From: Kiritimatiellia bacterium
Lineage (GTDB): Bacteria > Verrucomicrobiota > Kiritimatiellia > JAAZAB01
Assembly (NCBI GenBank): GCA_028718125.1
Contig: JAQUMN010000016.1
Span: 12,041 to 76,040, forward strand
DNA: 64,000 nt
Direction: 5' to 3'
Numbering within the stretch: the stretch's first letter is position 1; each line of letters opens with the position of its first letter. Below the pieces are notes generated by a model. The model was not told the DNA's origin. It saw nothing but the letters and a program-made list of their open reading frames with translations, and did not search any database. Shown one piece after another: positions 18,802 to 28,670 of the stretch. A program made the position numbers and the translations under genes.

Positions 18802-19851
18802 CTAGACCTGCTGTCGGCGGAGGGGCGGCCTGAGAAGCCCCATGTGTATGTACCACTGGACGGTTTCGCGAATCCCCTGCGCAAGGTCATACACAGGCAG
18901 GTATCCCAGTTCACGGCGGGCCTTGGAGATATCCACGAAGAGGCGGCTTTCGGATAACCAGGCAACCGATTTGCGGGAGAACGGCGGGCGGCCGGTCTGG
19001 GGAATGATGAAAGGATAAAAGGGCAGGACTTTGGCCAGCAGCTCCAGCGTCAAGCCCATGGAACGCGCCAGCGGAACGGGAATATGCGGCTTCCAGGGGC
19101 GCACGCCCAGCTCGGCGGCGATGGCGTCAATGATTTCTTCAATCGCATAGGGCCGCTCGTCCGATATGAAATAAACCTCCCCCGGCCGGCCGCGGTCCGC
19201 CGCGAGACGGATGCCATGGACCTGGTTCTTGACGTAGCAGAACTCGGTTAAGGCCTTGCCGCTTCCGATCAGCGGGTAGAACCCTTTTGCAATGAGCTTG
19301 AACATCCGCGTGAGGAGCAGCATCTCGCGCGGGCCGTAGGTCATGGGAGGGCGCACGACCACCGTCTCGACGCCCTGCTGCGAGTTAAAGGCTCTCACCA
19401 GGTTTTCGGCTTCCAGTTTGGTCCGGCCGTAAATATTCCGGGGATTCTGCGGTGAGTCTTCGGTCAGCGGGCTGCCGTCCCGCGACAGGCCGACCGCCTC
19501 GATCGTTCCGGTAAAGACTACCCGCCGCACACCCGCCGCGGCCGCCGATTCAAGAATATTTTTTGTTCCCTCCACATTCACGGCATGGTATTCTGCTTCA
19601 CAGATTTTGGCATCATGCCGGGAAATGGCGGCGAGGTGATAAACAGTTGCGATGTTCCGCATGGCCGCGCCCAGACAGGCCGGATCCCGAATGTCGCCGG
19701 GAACAATCTCGGCCCCGGATTCTTTCAGATTCGAGAGATTCGAGCCCGGCAGGACGAGGGCGCGGACCGGGAGGCCGTCCGCCGAGAGGGAGGCAACAAG
19801 CTGGCTTCCAATAAAGCCGGCCGCGCCTGTTACCAGGATCGTTGCGTTCAT
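18802..19851 (-). CDS. NAD-dependent epimerase/dehydratase (extended SDR)
   Basis: N-terminal VTGAAGFIGSQL Rossmann motif and YxxxK-type SDR core. Confidence 0.8.
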   Translation of the reverse strand: MNATILVTGAAGFIGSQLVASLSADGLPVRALVLPGSNLSNLKESGAEIVPGDIRDPACLGAAMRNIATVYHLAAISRHDAKICEAEYHAVNVEGTKNILESAAAAGVRRVVFTGTIEAVGLSRDGSPLTEDSPQNPRNIYGRTKLEAENLVRAFNSQQGVETVVVRPPMTYGPREMLLLTRMFKLIAKGFYPLIGSGKALTEFCYVKNQVHGIRLAADRGRPGEVYFISDERPYAIEEIIDAIAAELGVRPWKPHIPVPLARSMGLTLELLAKVLPFYPFIIPQTGRPPFSRKSVAWLSESRLFVDISKARRELGYLPVYDLAQGIRETVQWYIHMGLLRPPLRRQQV

Positions 19852-19907
19852 GGATTAATTCAATCATGGTAGATGCGCTTGTGTCAAGCGCAACGCCGTT
19901 TCTTCGG

Positions 19908-21392
19908 ATGAACGAGCCTACACCTATGAAGATCTGGGTGCTTAATCCGCCTTTTTTGCCGAAGTTCTCGCGGTCGCAACGCAGTCCGGCCGTGACCAAG
20001 AGCGGGACGATGTATTTCCCAATCTGGCTGGCATACTGCGTGGGCGTGCTGGAAGAAGCCGGCCATGAAGTCATATTTACGGATGCGCCCGCGCGCGGTC
20101 TCACCCACGATGAAATCTTCGCAATGGCCGGGCAGATCCAGCCGCGGCTGATCGTGATGGATACCTCCACGCCAAGCATTGCGAATGACCTGCGCGTGGC
20201 GGAAGGTTTGAAAAAGCACGCGCCCGGGGCATTCATCACCCTGGTCGGCACCCACGTATCGGCGCTTGCGGAAGAGACCCTGCGCGCAAGCGAATCCGTG
20301 GATGCCATTGCGCGTCGGGAGTACGAGCATACTATCCGCGAATTGGCCGCCCTCCTTTCCCGGTCCGGCGCGGGGTTGCAACCGCAACTGGACGTCTTGA
20401 GGGGGTTGTCCTTCAGGAGCAATGGCAACATCGTCCACAACGCAGATCGGCCGCACATTGAAAATCTGGACGAGCTTCCCTGGGTAAGCCGGGTCTACAA
20501 GAAGCATCTCCGGATCGCCGACTATTTCAATGCAAATGCGCTCTACCCCATGGTCACGTTGATTTCCGGTCGCGGGTGCCCCTTCCGCTGCAGTTTCTGC
20601 GTGTATCCGCAGACCCTGACGGGCAGGCGCTACCGGTTCCGCAGCATCAGCGATGTGGTTGACGAAATGGAATACGTGATTCGGGAATTTCCCGAGGCCA
20701 GGTCGGTCTTCTTCGAAGACGACACCCTCACGGCAAACAGGAAGCGTTGTCTCGAGCTGGCCGATGCGATCATTGTGCGCGGCGTGAAGATTCCCTGGGA
20801 AGCCAATGCGCGCGCCGATCTGGACCTCGCCACCATGCGGAAATTGAGAGCCGCAGGCTGCCGGGAGCTATGCGTCGGATTTGAAAGCGGGAACCAGACA
20901 TCGCTGACCGGCATGCGCAAGGGCATCGAGATCGAACAGATGTTCCAGTTCATGCGCGACGCGCGGACGGCCGGGGTGCTCGTGCACGGCTGTTTCATGT
21001 TCGGATTCCCCGGTGAGACGCGGGCGAGCATCCTGAACACGATCGCCTTGGCTGTGAGGTTGAAACCCGACACCGCGCAATTCTACCCGGTGATGGTTTA
21101 CCCCGGAACGGAGGCCTACGTAGAATACCGCGTCAAAGGCTGGCTCACGGCCGATTCATACGCCGGCTGGCTGACGCCGGAAGGGCTGCACAACTGCGTG
21201 GTGAAAAACGAGCATTTGTCCTCCAGGGAATTAGTGCAGCTTGCCGACCACGCGCGGCGCAGCTTCTATCTGCGGCCGACATACGTTGTCGGTAAAATGC
21301 TCCAGGCCCTGAAAGAACCGGGGGAGTTCCGCCGGACGGCGCGAGCCGCCTCCGTCTTTTTCAAGCACCTGGCGCGAGGCTCACGGGTCTAA
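19908..21392 (+). CDS. cobalamin (B12)-binding radical SAM enzyme (paralog of 12755..14050)
   Basis: ISGRGCPFRCSFCVYPQ radical SAM cluster. The N-terminal B12-binding-like region aligns with the first B12-rSAM. Alternative start 19926. Confidence 0.75.
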   Translation: MNEPTPMKIWVLNPPFLPKFSRSQRSPAVTKSGTMYFPIWLAYCVGVLEEAGHEVIFTDAPARGLTHDEIFAMAGQIQPRLIVMDTSTPSIANDLRVAEGLKKHAPGAFITLVGTHVSALAEETLRASESVDAIARREYEHTIRELAALLSRSGAGLQPQLDVLRGLSFRSNGNIVHNADRPHIENLDELPWVSRVYKKHLRIADYFNANALYPMVTLISGRGCPFRCSFCVYPQTLTGRRYRFRSISDVVDEMEYVIREFPEARSVFFEDDTLTANRKRCLELADAIIVRGVKIPWEANARADLDLATMRKLRAAGCRELCVGFESGNQTSLTGMRKGIEIEQMFQFMRDARTAGVLVHGCFMFGFPGETRASILNTIALAVRLKPDTAQFYPVMVYPGTEAYVEYRVKGWLTADSYAGWLTPEGLHNCVVKNEHLSSRELVQLADHARRSFYLRPTYVVGKMLQALKEPGEFRRTARAASVFFKHLARGSRV

Positions 21393-21565
21393 GGCGGGCT
21401 AACGCCCGCAACCCAAGAGAATTAACCACGGATTTCACGGATAGAGAGCCACATATTAAAATAAAAAGGACTCTGTTTTTGTAAGAGCCGTGCCCATCCG
21501 TGTTGTCCGTGGGTCCGCCTGTGCGGATCCGCCGGGGCGGAAAAAATCTTTGCTGGCGCAGCTCC

Positions 21566-24010
21566 TCAGTACGCGCCCTTGCCGCGCAGGACGATGGGAA
21601 TCGTCTTGAGTAAAATGGTCAGATCGAGCAGCAGGGATTGATTCTTGATGTAGTAGAAATCGTACTCCAGGCTTTCATGCAAGGGCAGGTCTTTCCTGCC
21701 CATGATCTGCCAAAGTCCGGTCAGTCCCGGCTTGACTTTCAGCCGCTGGCGTTCCCAGCTCTTGTATTTTTCCACAATGAACGGCATTTCCGGCCGGGGA
21801 CCCACCAGGCTCATTTCCCCCTTGAGAACATTGATCAATTGAGGGAATTCGTCGAGGCTGGTTTTCCTCAGGAACTTGCCGACCTTGGTAATGCGGGGGT
21901 CGCCCGGGGCGGACGGCGAGTAATCGAACTGGGGAACATTGGAATGCATTGTGCGGAATTTGAAGATCCTGAAAATCCTGCCGTTCTTTCCCACCCGTTC
22001 CTGCCTGAACACGGCCGACCCATGGCTCTCCAGCCTGATCGCGATCGTGATAACGATCCAGATGGGCAGCGTAACAACCAGTATGAAAGCAGAGGCGGTA
22101 ATATCCAGCAGCCGCTTGACGGCCATGGAGAGCAATTCGGCCGGTTCGTTTTTGAGATAGGTGATCGGAAGACTGTTTTCCTCGAACATGTCAACTTCGC
22201 CCGCGATCATGTCGAATATGCTGGATACGATGTGAAAATGGACACCGCGCCGACCGCCGTGGCGATCCAGAATATCGATCAGCTCGTCCTGCGGCAGGAA
22301 GGGCAGGGACACGAACACGTCGGTAACCTTGAATTGTTCAATAAGCTTCCCGAGATCAGCGAGCGACCCCACGATTTCGTGCCCGTCAATTTTCCGGCCA
22401 ACCTCATCCGGCGCCTGGCTCACAAAACCCACAATGTCACTGGCCAGCGCCGACGTGTTTTCGAGTTTGCGCGCGATCAGCATGGCCAGCTCCCCCGTTC
22501 CGGCGATCATGACGCGGGGTGTGGGCTCTCCGCCGGTAACGCGCACATAGTGAGCGTAGAGCTTGCGTGCGCACGACCTGAGGATCGCGGTAAAAACCCA
22601 GAGGTAGAAACAAAGCAGGACCAGGATCAGGCGCGAGTGCGGGCTCTTTGTGAGGTAAAGGACGGCCATGAACATGATGCCGATATAGGTCACGGCCTTG
22701 GTCAGCACCACGAATTCAGTGACTTCCGAGAATGTCCGTGCGGGCTTGTAGAGCCCGGAAACGAAGAACACGGCGAGGATCAGCACGAAAGCGATGGGTA
22801 CAAACTGAAGATACATGTCGATGGGGAAATCGGGCGCGTGAAACACGCGATCGAGGATATAGCCCCAGGTGGCATGCGCGGCAATCAGCGCACAGCAAAT
22901 CGCAAGAACATCGCCGAGCAGGATCAAAAAGACCTGGCTGAAACGGCCCTGGCGCATCCAACGCGGCAGCAGACTCCAAAGGATACCCAGGCCCATCGCC
23001 AGCCCGCGGGCAAACAGCATGAAAGGCGAAACCAGGAGCAGGAACAGTCCTTTCATCGGCGGCTGGCGAGTTAACGCCATGAAAAGCGGTATGGCGCTCA
23101 AAATGAAAAGCGCCAGGCAGATATATAAAAATATTTGGTACTTCCCAAAATACAGCCAGACGGCCAGCGCGGCGAGTATCATGAACGACAGCAAAATCTG
23201 GAGTTTGAGGGTTTGGGGAGTGTATGAGTCGGACTTGATTTTTTCAGGATAAGTCCGGTAAACCGCCATCCGCCAGAATGCGCGGCCAAATTTCTGCTTG
23301 AGATATTTAAAGATTGTGGCGGGATGGCGATGGTAAACCGCGGCGGCCGGGTTGAATACCAGTTTGTAGCCTTTTGAGGCCAGGCGGTATGAAAAATCAA
23401 CGTCTTCATTGTTGGCTTCAGGGAATGAGGTGTCAAAGCCTCCCAGCGAGGCAAAAACAGTCTTCTTGAATGCCGCAGAATACGTGTCGATAAAATCAAC
23501 ATACTTCAATTTCCGCATCTTCCTGTAGCGGCCTTCGAATTCCATCTGCGCGAAGCGCGCAACAACGCTCTCCTGCCGTGTCCGGTACACGCCTTTTACG
23601 CCGGTTATTTCCGTGCTTGTATCCGAAAAGGGGCGGCACATCTCCTGCAGCCAGTTCGTCGCCGGCTCGCAGTCGGCATCCGTAAAAACCAGGATTTGTC
23701 CCTCGGCTTCCCTGGCCCCGTGATTTCGCGCCGATGCCGGGCCCTGGTTCGTCTGCCGAAAATACCGGATTATGGGGGATCCGCTTCGAGCGGCGTATTG
23801 GCGCACTACCTCGGGCGTAGTGTCGGTTGATCCGTCGTCGACAACGATCACTTCGTAGCGATCGGCGGGGAAGTCTTGAGATACGAGCGCATTCAGGCAG
23901 GCGGGCAAAGTATCAGCGCCGTTGTATGCGGGAACAACAACCGACGCGTAGATGGCAGTGTTTGAGGCGGCCTTATCAGGTTGGCTTTCTTTCCCGTCAG
24001 GAACATTCAT
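21566..24010 (-). CDS. fusion protein: N-terminal GT2 glycosyltransferase + TM region + WbaP/WcaJ-type polyprenyl-phosphate hexose-1-phosphate transferase (bacterial sugar transferase domain)
   Basis: GT2: VVVPAYNGADT ... VVDDGSTD ... TDAD. C-terminus: full PGPT catalytic domain (LVGPRPE ... GLTGLWQI ... DLTILLKT) preceded by a Rossmann/CoA-binding-like segment. Start taken at ATG 24010 (MNVPDG). Confidence 0.7.
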   Translation of the reverse strand: MNVPDGKESQPDKAASNTAIYASVVVPAYNGADTLPACLNALVSQDFPADRYEVIVVDDGSTDTTPEVVRQYAARSGSPIIRYFRQTNQGPASARNHGAREAEGQILVFTDADCEPATNWLQEMCRPFSDTSTEITGVKGVYRTRQESVVARFAQMEFEGRYRKMRKLKYVDFIDTYSAAFKKTVFASLGGFDTSFPEANNEDVDFSYRLASKGYKLVFNPAAAVYHRHPATIFKYLKQKFGRAFWRMAVYRTYPEKIKSDSYTPQTLKLQILLSFMILAALAVWLYFGKYQIFLYICLALFILSAIPLFMALTRQPPMKGLFLLLVSPFMLFARGLAMGLGILWSLLPRWMRQGRFSQVFLILLGDVLAICCALIAAHATWGYILDRVFHAPDFPIDMYLQFVPIAFVLILAVFFVSGLYKPARTFSEVTEFVVLTKAVTYIGIMFMAVLYLTKSPHSRLILVLLCFYLWVFTAILRSCARKLYAHYVRVTGGEPTPRVMIAGTGELAMLIARKLENTSALASDIVGFVSQAPDEVGRKIDGHEIVGSLADLGKLIEQFKVTDVFVSLPFLPQDELIDILDRHGGRRGVHFHIVSSIFDMIAGEVDMFEENSLPITYLKNEPAELLSMAVKRLLDITASAFILVVTLPIWIVITIAIRLESHGSAVFRQERVGKNGRIFRIFKFRTMHSNVPQFDYSPSAPGDPRITKVGKFLRKTSLDEFPQLINVLKGEMSLVGPRPEMPFIVEKYKSWERQRLKVKPGLTGLWQIMGRKDLPLHESLEYDFYYIKNQSLLLDLTILLKTIPIVLRGKGAY

Positions 24011-24292
24011 TATGACCAGCCTCCGGATAATATCAATCTCACTAATGAAATTGTATAAGGCACTTGGCCTGAATTTGCAAGTGAAGATTGTCCGGGAGAA
24101 CACGCGTGGTCGCTTTCTTCCTTGACCTCCAAATCCCCCCCGCGTATTTTGCATACCTATGACCAGGCCCGCAACCTTTACCCGCTCAGGGCGGTGCCAG
24201 GCTCATCGCCGAACTCGTGCGTCCTCTTTTTCACGTTGTTCCCGTAGCCGGGGCAGAGGACAATCGGTAATTTTGGCGCAACGGGGTATTTC

Positions 24293-26215
24293 ATGAACTG
24301 GATCTTCTGGTTGAGCCTCAATCTTTTCCTTGTCTATGTTAATGCGAAATTTTTCGCCAGAATTTATCCCCAGCACGGGGTGCCCTATCAGATGGCGCTT
24401 CTGTCAAGCACGGCCCATGCCCTGTTCTTGACGTGCGTGCTGGCCATCTTGCGCGACAAACTTCGCAATTGGGTCAAGCCGGGTTCATGGAAAGAGAGCG
24501 CCTTTTACGTTATTGTCGGGCTATTGGCTGCCGCGTATGTCATTAACTCAGCCATTTACTGCATCTTCGGGTTTGATCTTCCGTTAATCTTGAGCTACTT
24601 CCGGACGGGTGGCGCTACGGAAATTGTTGCTGTTCTGGCGGCAGCCAAAATATCGTCTAATAACACCGCCCTGATCGTGGGATTCATCCTTGCTTTGCCT
24701 TTCGGCCTCTGGTTCTATGCCGTCATCAGCGCAAGGCTTTCCCGCGGCTTTTTCAGGAGCGGAAGCGGGCGGTGTTTGGGGAAAGTGGCGGCGATTATTG
24801 CTTTGGCGGCTTTCCTGGTAATTCCCCTGGAACAAAAGCTAAGCTACAAATACAAGGAGCAGGAAACCTGGCAAAAGGAGCAAAATGCAAGCCTCCTCTA
24901 TTTCCCGTTCTATCAGCCCAAAAACATTCAGCCGTTGGTCCCGGTCCGTATTCTTCCTTATAACCGCATGGATACCCGCGCAGCCCAGGCGCGGTCCGGG
25001 CAAGCGGCTGTTCCCGAGGAAGCAAATGTTTTCCTGATCGTGGCCGAAACCATGCGCTTAAGCTTCATGCAACCGGAGATTGCGCCCAATTTAGCGGCGT
25101 TTGATCTCGAGAATTTGTCGTTTACGCACACTTTGACATCGGCGAACAGCACCCATTACTCCTGGTTTTCCATTTATTATTCGAGCTATCCGTTTTATTG
25201 GAATGCCCAGCGACATCTTCCGGATCAATTAGGTTCGCCGGCGCTGATCGCATTCAAGAATGCCGGGTTTAAAATCCACGTCTTCACGACGGAAGCCAAT
25301 CAAAAGTACCTCGGCTCAGAGACCCTTTATTACGGTGAAAACGGCCGGTTAATTGATGATGTTTACGCCGATCCCTCCGCATACCCGCCGGAAAGCGATC
25401 AGCACGTAATTGACAATTTGCGCGGGCTTTTCAAAACGGGCGCGCCTCCGGGCCGAAATCTCTACGTCATCCACCTGGAGAGCACGCATCACAATTACTT
25501 CTTCACGAAAGAATATAAGCACAAGTTTCAACCCATTGTTACCGACTTCGACTATTTCAAGGTTAACTACTCGTCGGAGTATGTTTTGGGAATGCGGAAT
25601 CGGTACAAAAACTCCCTGGCTTACCTCGACTCTGTTTTTGGTGAATTAATCGGAACATTGAAGGCGGCCGGGATTTACGAGGCGGCAATCATTGGCTTCA
25701 CAGGGGACCACGGCGAAGAATTCATGGAGCACGGCACCCTGACCCACGGCAGCAACCTGTTCGCGCCGCAAACGGAAGTGCCGATTATTTTCCGGATTCC
25801 GGGAAAACGCGGCCAGAAAATTGATCGCGTGGTGGCCGGTATGGATATGCTTCCCACCCTGTTGGATGCTGTAGGGCTCTATGATCCGGTAAGGCCCTTC
25901 CTTTTTGGCAGGTCGGCCCTGAGAGCTCCGGAGCCCGATGCGGGGCAGGGCTGCGTTTTGCTTACAAACGGGCGGGGCGACTTGGTTCCAAAACAGTTCG
26001 CTCTTTTTAACGGCCGCTACAAAATATGCTTTGAACTGGAGGGCTCTAATCCAATGGCCGCAAAATTCATAAGGTTTACCTGGCTTTACGATGATCAGGA
26101 TCGGAAGTTCATTCCAGGTGAAGGCCGGCGTTCAGACTACCTGGCGTTTATACGCAAGGAGTTTGCCGAAGGGATCCGGGGCATAAAATTCATGGAGTTG
26201 GTCGGAGGGATTTAA
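24293..26215 (+). CDS. membrane-anchored sulfatase-superfamily transferase (LtaS/EptA/OpgB-like phosphoethanolamine or phosphoglycerol transferase)
   Basis: N-terminal 5-TM domain plus C-terminal alkaline-phosphatase-superfamily domain (FTGDHGEEF, HxxY region). Confidence 0.65.
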   Translation: MNWIFWLSLNLFLVYVNAKFFARIYPQHGVPYQMALLSSTAHALFLTCVLAILRDKLRNWVKPGSWKESAFYVIVGLLAAAYVINSAIYCIFGFDLPLILSYFRTGGATEIVAVLAAAKISSNNTALIVGFILALPFGLWFYAVISARLSRGFFRSGSGRCLGKVAAIIALAAFLVIPLEQKLSYKYKEQETWQKEQNASLLYFPFYQPKNIQPLVPVRILPYNRMDTRAAQARSGQAAVPEEANVFLIVAETMRLSFMQPEIAPNLAAFDLENLSFTHTLTSANSTHYSWFSIYYSSYPFYWNAQRHLPDQLGSPALIAFKNAGFKIHVFTTEANQKYLGSETLYYGENGRLIDDVYADPSAYPPESDQHVIDNLRGLFKTGAPPGRNLYVIHLESTHHNYFFTKEYKHKFQPIVTDFDYFKVNYSSEYVLGMRNRYKNSLAYLDSVFGELIGTLKAAGIYEAAIIGFTGDHGEEFMEHGTLTHGSNLFAPQTEVPIIFRIPGKRGQKIDRVVAGMDMLPTLLDAVGLYDPVRPFLFGRSALRAPEPDAGQGCVLLTNGRGDLVPKQFALFNGRYKICFELEGSNPMAAKFIRFTWLYDDQDRKFIPGEGRRSDYLAFIRKEFAEGIRGIKFMELVGGI

Positions 26216-26247
26216 AATGCTTGTGCGCTTCTGTTTCCCGGCCGCAT

Positions 26248-27297
26248 TTATAGCTCGGCGCCGGAAGCCAGTTTCAAGCCCGCTTTGCGCACGATTGACC
26301 GTAAATAATCGTCCTGAGGTGTAATCCGCTTCGTAGAATATATCGGAAACAGGCGCTTGAAATGCGCCGGGGTTCCGTCGTGGACCGTGACCGTATTAGC
26401 GCCAGCCATCAATCCCAGGTATTGCCCGCCTCGGCGGGCTTTTTCCAGCGAACTGGTTGTGGGAATCATCCGGTCGGGATACATGATCCGCATCAGCGCC
26501 ATCATGTTCAATGTCAGGTCAAGATCGCCCATCGGTGCAGCAGCGCATTTAGTTTTTTCACCCGGAATGAAGACCGAACAACTCTGCGTGACCAACTTGT
26601 ACTTCCCCAGCAGGTACAGATCGTTGACCAGGTCGTCAGTGGTCTGTCCCGGCAAACCTACCATATTGCCGCTGCCCACCTCGAAACCGGCGCGCAGGAG
26701 GCTTGCGATGCATCCCAGGCGGTGCGCCAGCGTATCGCGCGGCTTTAATTTGCGGTAAAGCTTGGCATTGGAGGTCTCGAACTTCAGAATGTACCATGCC
26801 GCTCCGGCCGCATGCAGTTGCCGGTATTGCGCCGTCTTCATGTTGCCGAGGCAGAGGATGATCTTGAGATCGCGGTGACGCGGCGTCAATGCTTTCAGGC
26901 AGCCGCAGACGTGGTTCACGAAAGTCTTTGAGTCGTTTTCACCCGATTGGATCAGCAGGACCCGCCGCTTCTTGTTATATATGTGATCGGCCAGCGCCAG
27001 GAACTCGGCATGCGTGATCACATAATGTGACTGGCCAATGCGTCCGATGCTGCAAAAATTACACCGCTGATGGCAGATGTTTGAAATCTCAATCACACTG
27101 CGCATTTGGACCGCACGGCTGGGGAAATGCTCTTCACGCCTTTGCCGTGCCAGGGCAAAAAGTTGCCGCTGGGCCGGCCCGCGGAAGGCCAGGGCCTGCG
27201 TCAGCGTTTCCCGACTGTAATCGCCCGTATTAAGTTTCCGAATCAGCATGCACTGCCCGACAATTTGTTCTATGGGACGATGCTTAATTAAATGCAT
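26248..27297 (-). CDS. radical SAM protein (BioB/HydE/ThiH-like)
   Basis: CHQRCNFC cluster near the N-terminus; about 349 aa. Confidence 0.65.
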   Translation of the reverse strand: MHLIKHRPIEQIVGQCMLIRKLNTGDYSRETLTQALAFRGPAQRQLFALARQRREEHFPSRAVQMRSVIEISNICHQRCNFCSIGRIGQSHYVITHAEFLALADHIYNKKRRVLLIQSGENDSKTFVNHVCGCLKALTPRHRDLKIILCLGNMKTAQYRQLHAAGAAWYILKFETSNAKLYRKLKPRDTLAHRLGCIASLLRAGFEVGSGNMVGLPGQTTDDLVNDLYLLGKYKLVTQSCSVFIPGEKTKCAAAPMGDLDLTLNMMALMRIMYPDRMIPTTSSLEKARRGGQYLGLMAGANTVTVHDGTPAHFKRLFPIYSTKRITPQDDYLRSIVRKAGLKLASGAEL

Positions 27298-27320
27298 AGG
27301 AATTTCAATCCGCCTTTGTT

Positions 27321-27381
27321 GTCATTCCGAGCGTAGCGAGGAATCTCGCCGCGAGAGATCCTTCACTGCGTTCAGGATGAC
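27321..27381. repeat. 27-nt-arm inverted repeat (GTCATTCCGAGCGTAGCGAGGAATCTC / GAGATCCTTCACTGCGTTCAGGATGAC), small palindromic element
   Basis: Arms pair 27/27 in the +-strand RNA if G-U wobbles are allowed (3 A/C mismatches in the - strand sense). 7-nt loop. Confidence 0.6.
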
Positions 27382-27395
27382 AATTCGAACAGAAT

Positions 27396-27426
27396 AAAAA
27401 TCGCCCCGCCCTGCGGGGCTTAGTTT
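27396..27426. terminator. candidate bidirectional rho-independent terminator
   Basis: AAAAA-GCCCCGC-CCT-GCGGGGC-TTAGTTT: 7-bp GC stem flanked by an A-run on one side and T-rich sequence on the other. Confidence 0.45.
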
Positions 27427-27723
27427 AAATTGATCGCCCTCCCAAAAAACGCAAAAGTTAACCAGACCACGCCATATTTTCCAAGCGAAAACAATTTTAA
27501 CCTGAATCTTTGAAAAAGAATAGTTCATAAATCCATACCTGTCAATCCTTAACTAAAGAGCTGTGGCGGGAAAATTTTCCGGTTCGTTATACGGGCTTGA
27601 CGCAACGGGACGCGGCCAGCGGTGCGAACGGTCCATCGCCAATATTTTCACGTGCAGGCTTGAGCCAAAACTAATGTGAAATTGTAATGTAAAAATCGTG
27701 AAAAAGCCAGTGCCCGGCTTGGC

Positions 27724-27733
27724 GGGGGGGGGG
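27724..27733. repeat. homopolymeric G10 tract in intergenic region
   Basis: cttggcGGGGGGGGGGagaggg. Confidence 0.8.
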
Positions 27734-27845
27734 AGAGGGCGCAACGAGCGTGTCTTGCGCAACTGCATTCACAAAGATACTTGGGCCGCCTAGTATGTTG
27801 CCGGAACCAATGCGGGGGAGTTGCTGCGGCATGTCGATGGATATG

Positions 27846-28670
27846 TTAAGAGCGATGCTTGCGGTGGATTTTTTTCAGCAGTCCCGGTGTGATTTCTTTG
27901 CCCCGGTATAACACATTATTAAGGAATTTACGCCGCGAAATCCCCCATTTCTTTCGAAAGTAGGCCTTGGAATCAATCAATTCTTTATCGTCATATCTGG
28001 ACACGGTCTTGCGCGCAAAGTGATAAACCAGGCTTGTGCCCACGCCAATAAACAGACTACAGCCATAATTGTACATTTTCATGGCCAAATCAGGATCACT
28101 TCCAAATCCCGGGAAGTAATTTTCGTCGAAACCGCCAATGGCATCCCAATTAGATTTTGGGATTACCGACGGCGTCCAGGTGCTGAACATATTATACGGG
28201 CGCTTGAGCTTCCGGTAATCGCGCAGGAGATCATCTTCACGAAAGTTCTGGGGCGAGGTGCCGTAATCGCAGAACCCTATCGCACATGGATTGGCCTTTC
28301 CCGGCTCAACAGGCGTGCTTGAAATCCAGATTTTGTCGCTTATCTCCAGATATGGTTGAAGCGCCATATCCCAGCCGGGCAGCGGATACATATCGTCGTT
28401 CATGTAGCAAATGTAGTCTGTCGTCGCCAGTTTCGCCGCGCGGTTAACTGCGGCGCAAACGCCGAGATTTACAAGCGAAGAATCGGAAATAACCGCCTTG
28501 CCGGCGACCCACTTTTCCGCTTCCTCCCCATATTCATTGAAAAACACGATGATTTCATGCTCAATCGTGCTGTTAAGCTTCACCCCTTTGTAGACTAGAT
28601 CCAGTAATGCAATATTCTTCCAGGAAGGAATGATTACGGAAAATTGCTTCATTGTTGTTGATCTTGACAT
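27846..28670 (-). CDS. GT2 family glycosyltransferase
   Basis: FSVIIPSWKN ... DDDMYPLPGW-type GT-A features. Lower GC than neighbours. Confidence 0.6.
   Translation of the reverse strand: MSRSTTMKQFSVIIPSWKNIALLDLVYKGVKLNSTIEHEIIVFFNEYGEEAEKWVAGKAVISDSSLVNLGVCAAVNRAAKLATTDYICYMNDDMYPLPGWDMALQPYLEISDKIWISSTPVEPGKANPCAIGFCDYGTSPQNFREDDLLRDYRKLKRPYNMFSTWTPSVIPKSNWDAIGGFDENYFPGFGSDPDLAMKMYNYGCSLFIGVGTSLVYHFARKTVSRYDDKELIDSKAYFRKKWGISRRKFLNNVLYRGKEITPGLLKKIHRKHRS

Noticed and set aside
27553-27768. 71-aa ORF in the AT-rich spacer
   Set aside because: It has a low-complexity Pro/Gly-rich translation overlapping the G10 tract, no RBS and no homology features, so it is probably non-coding.
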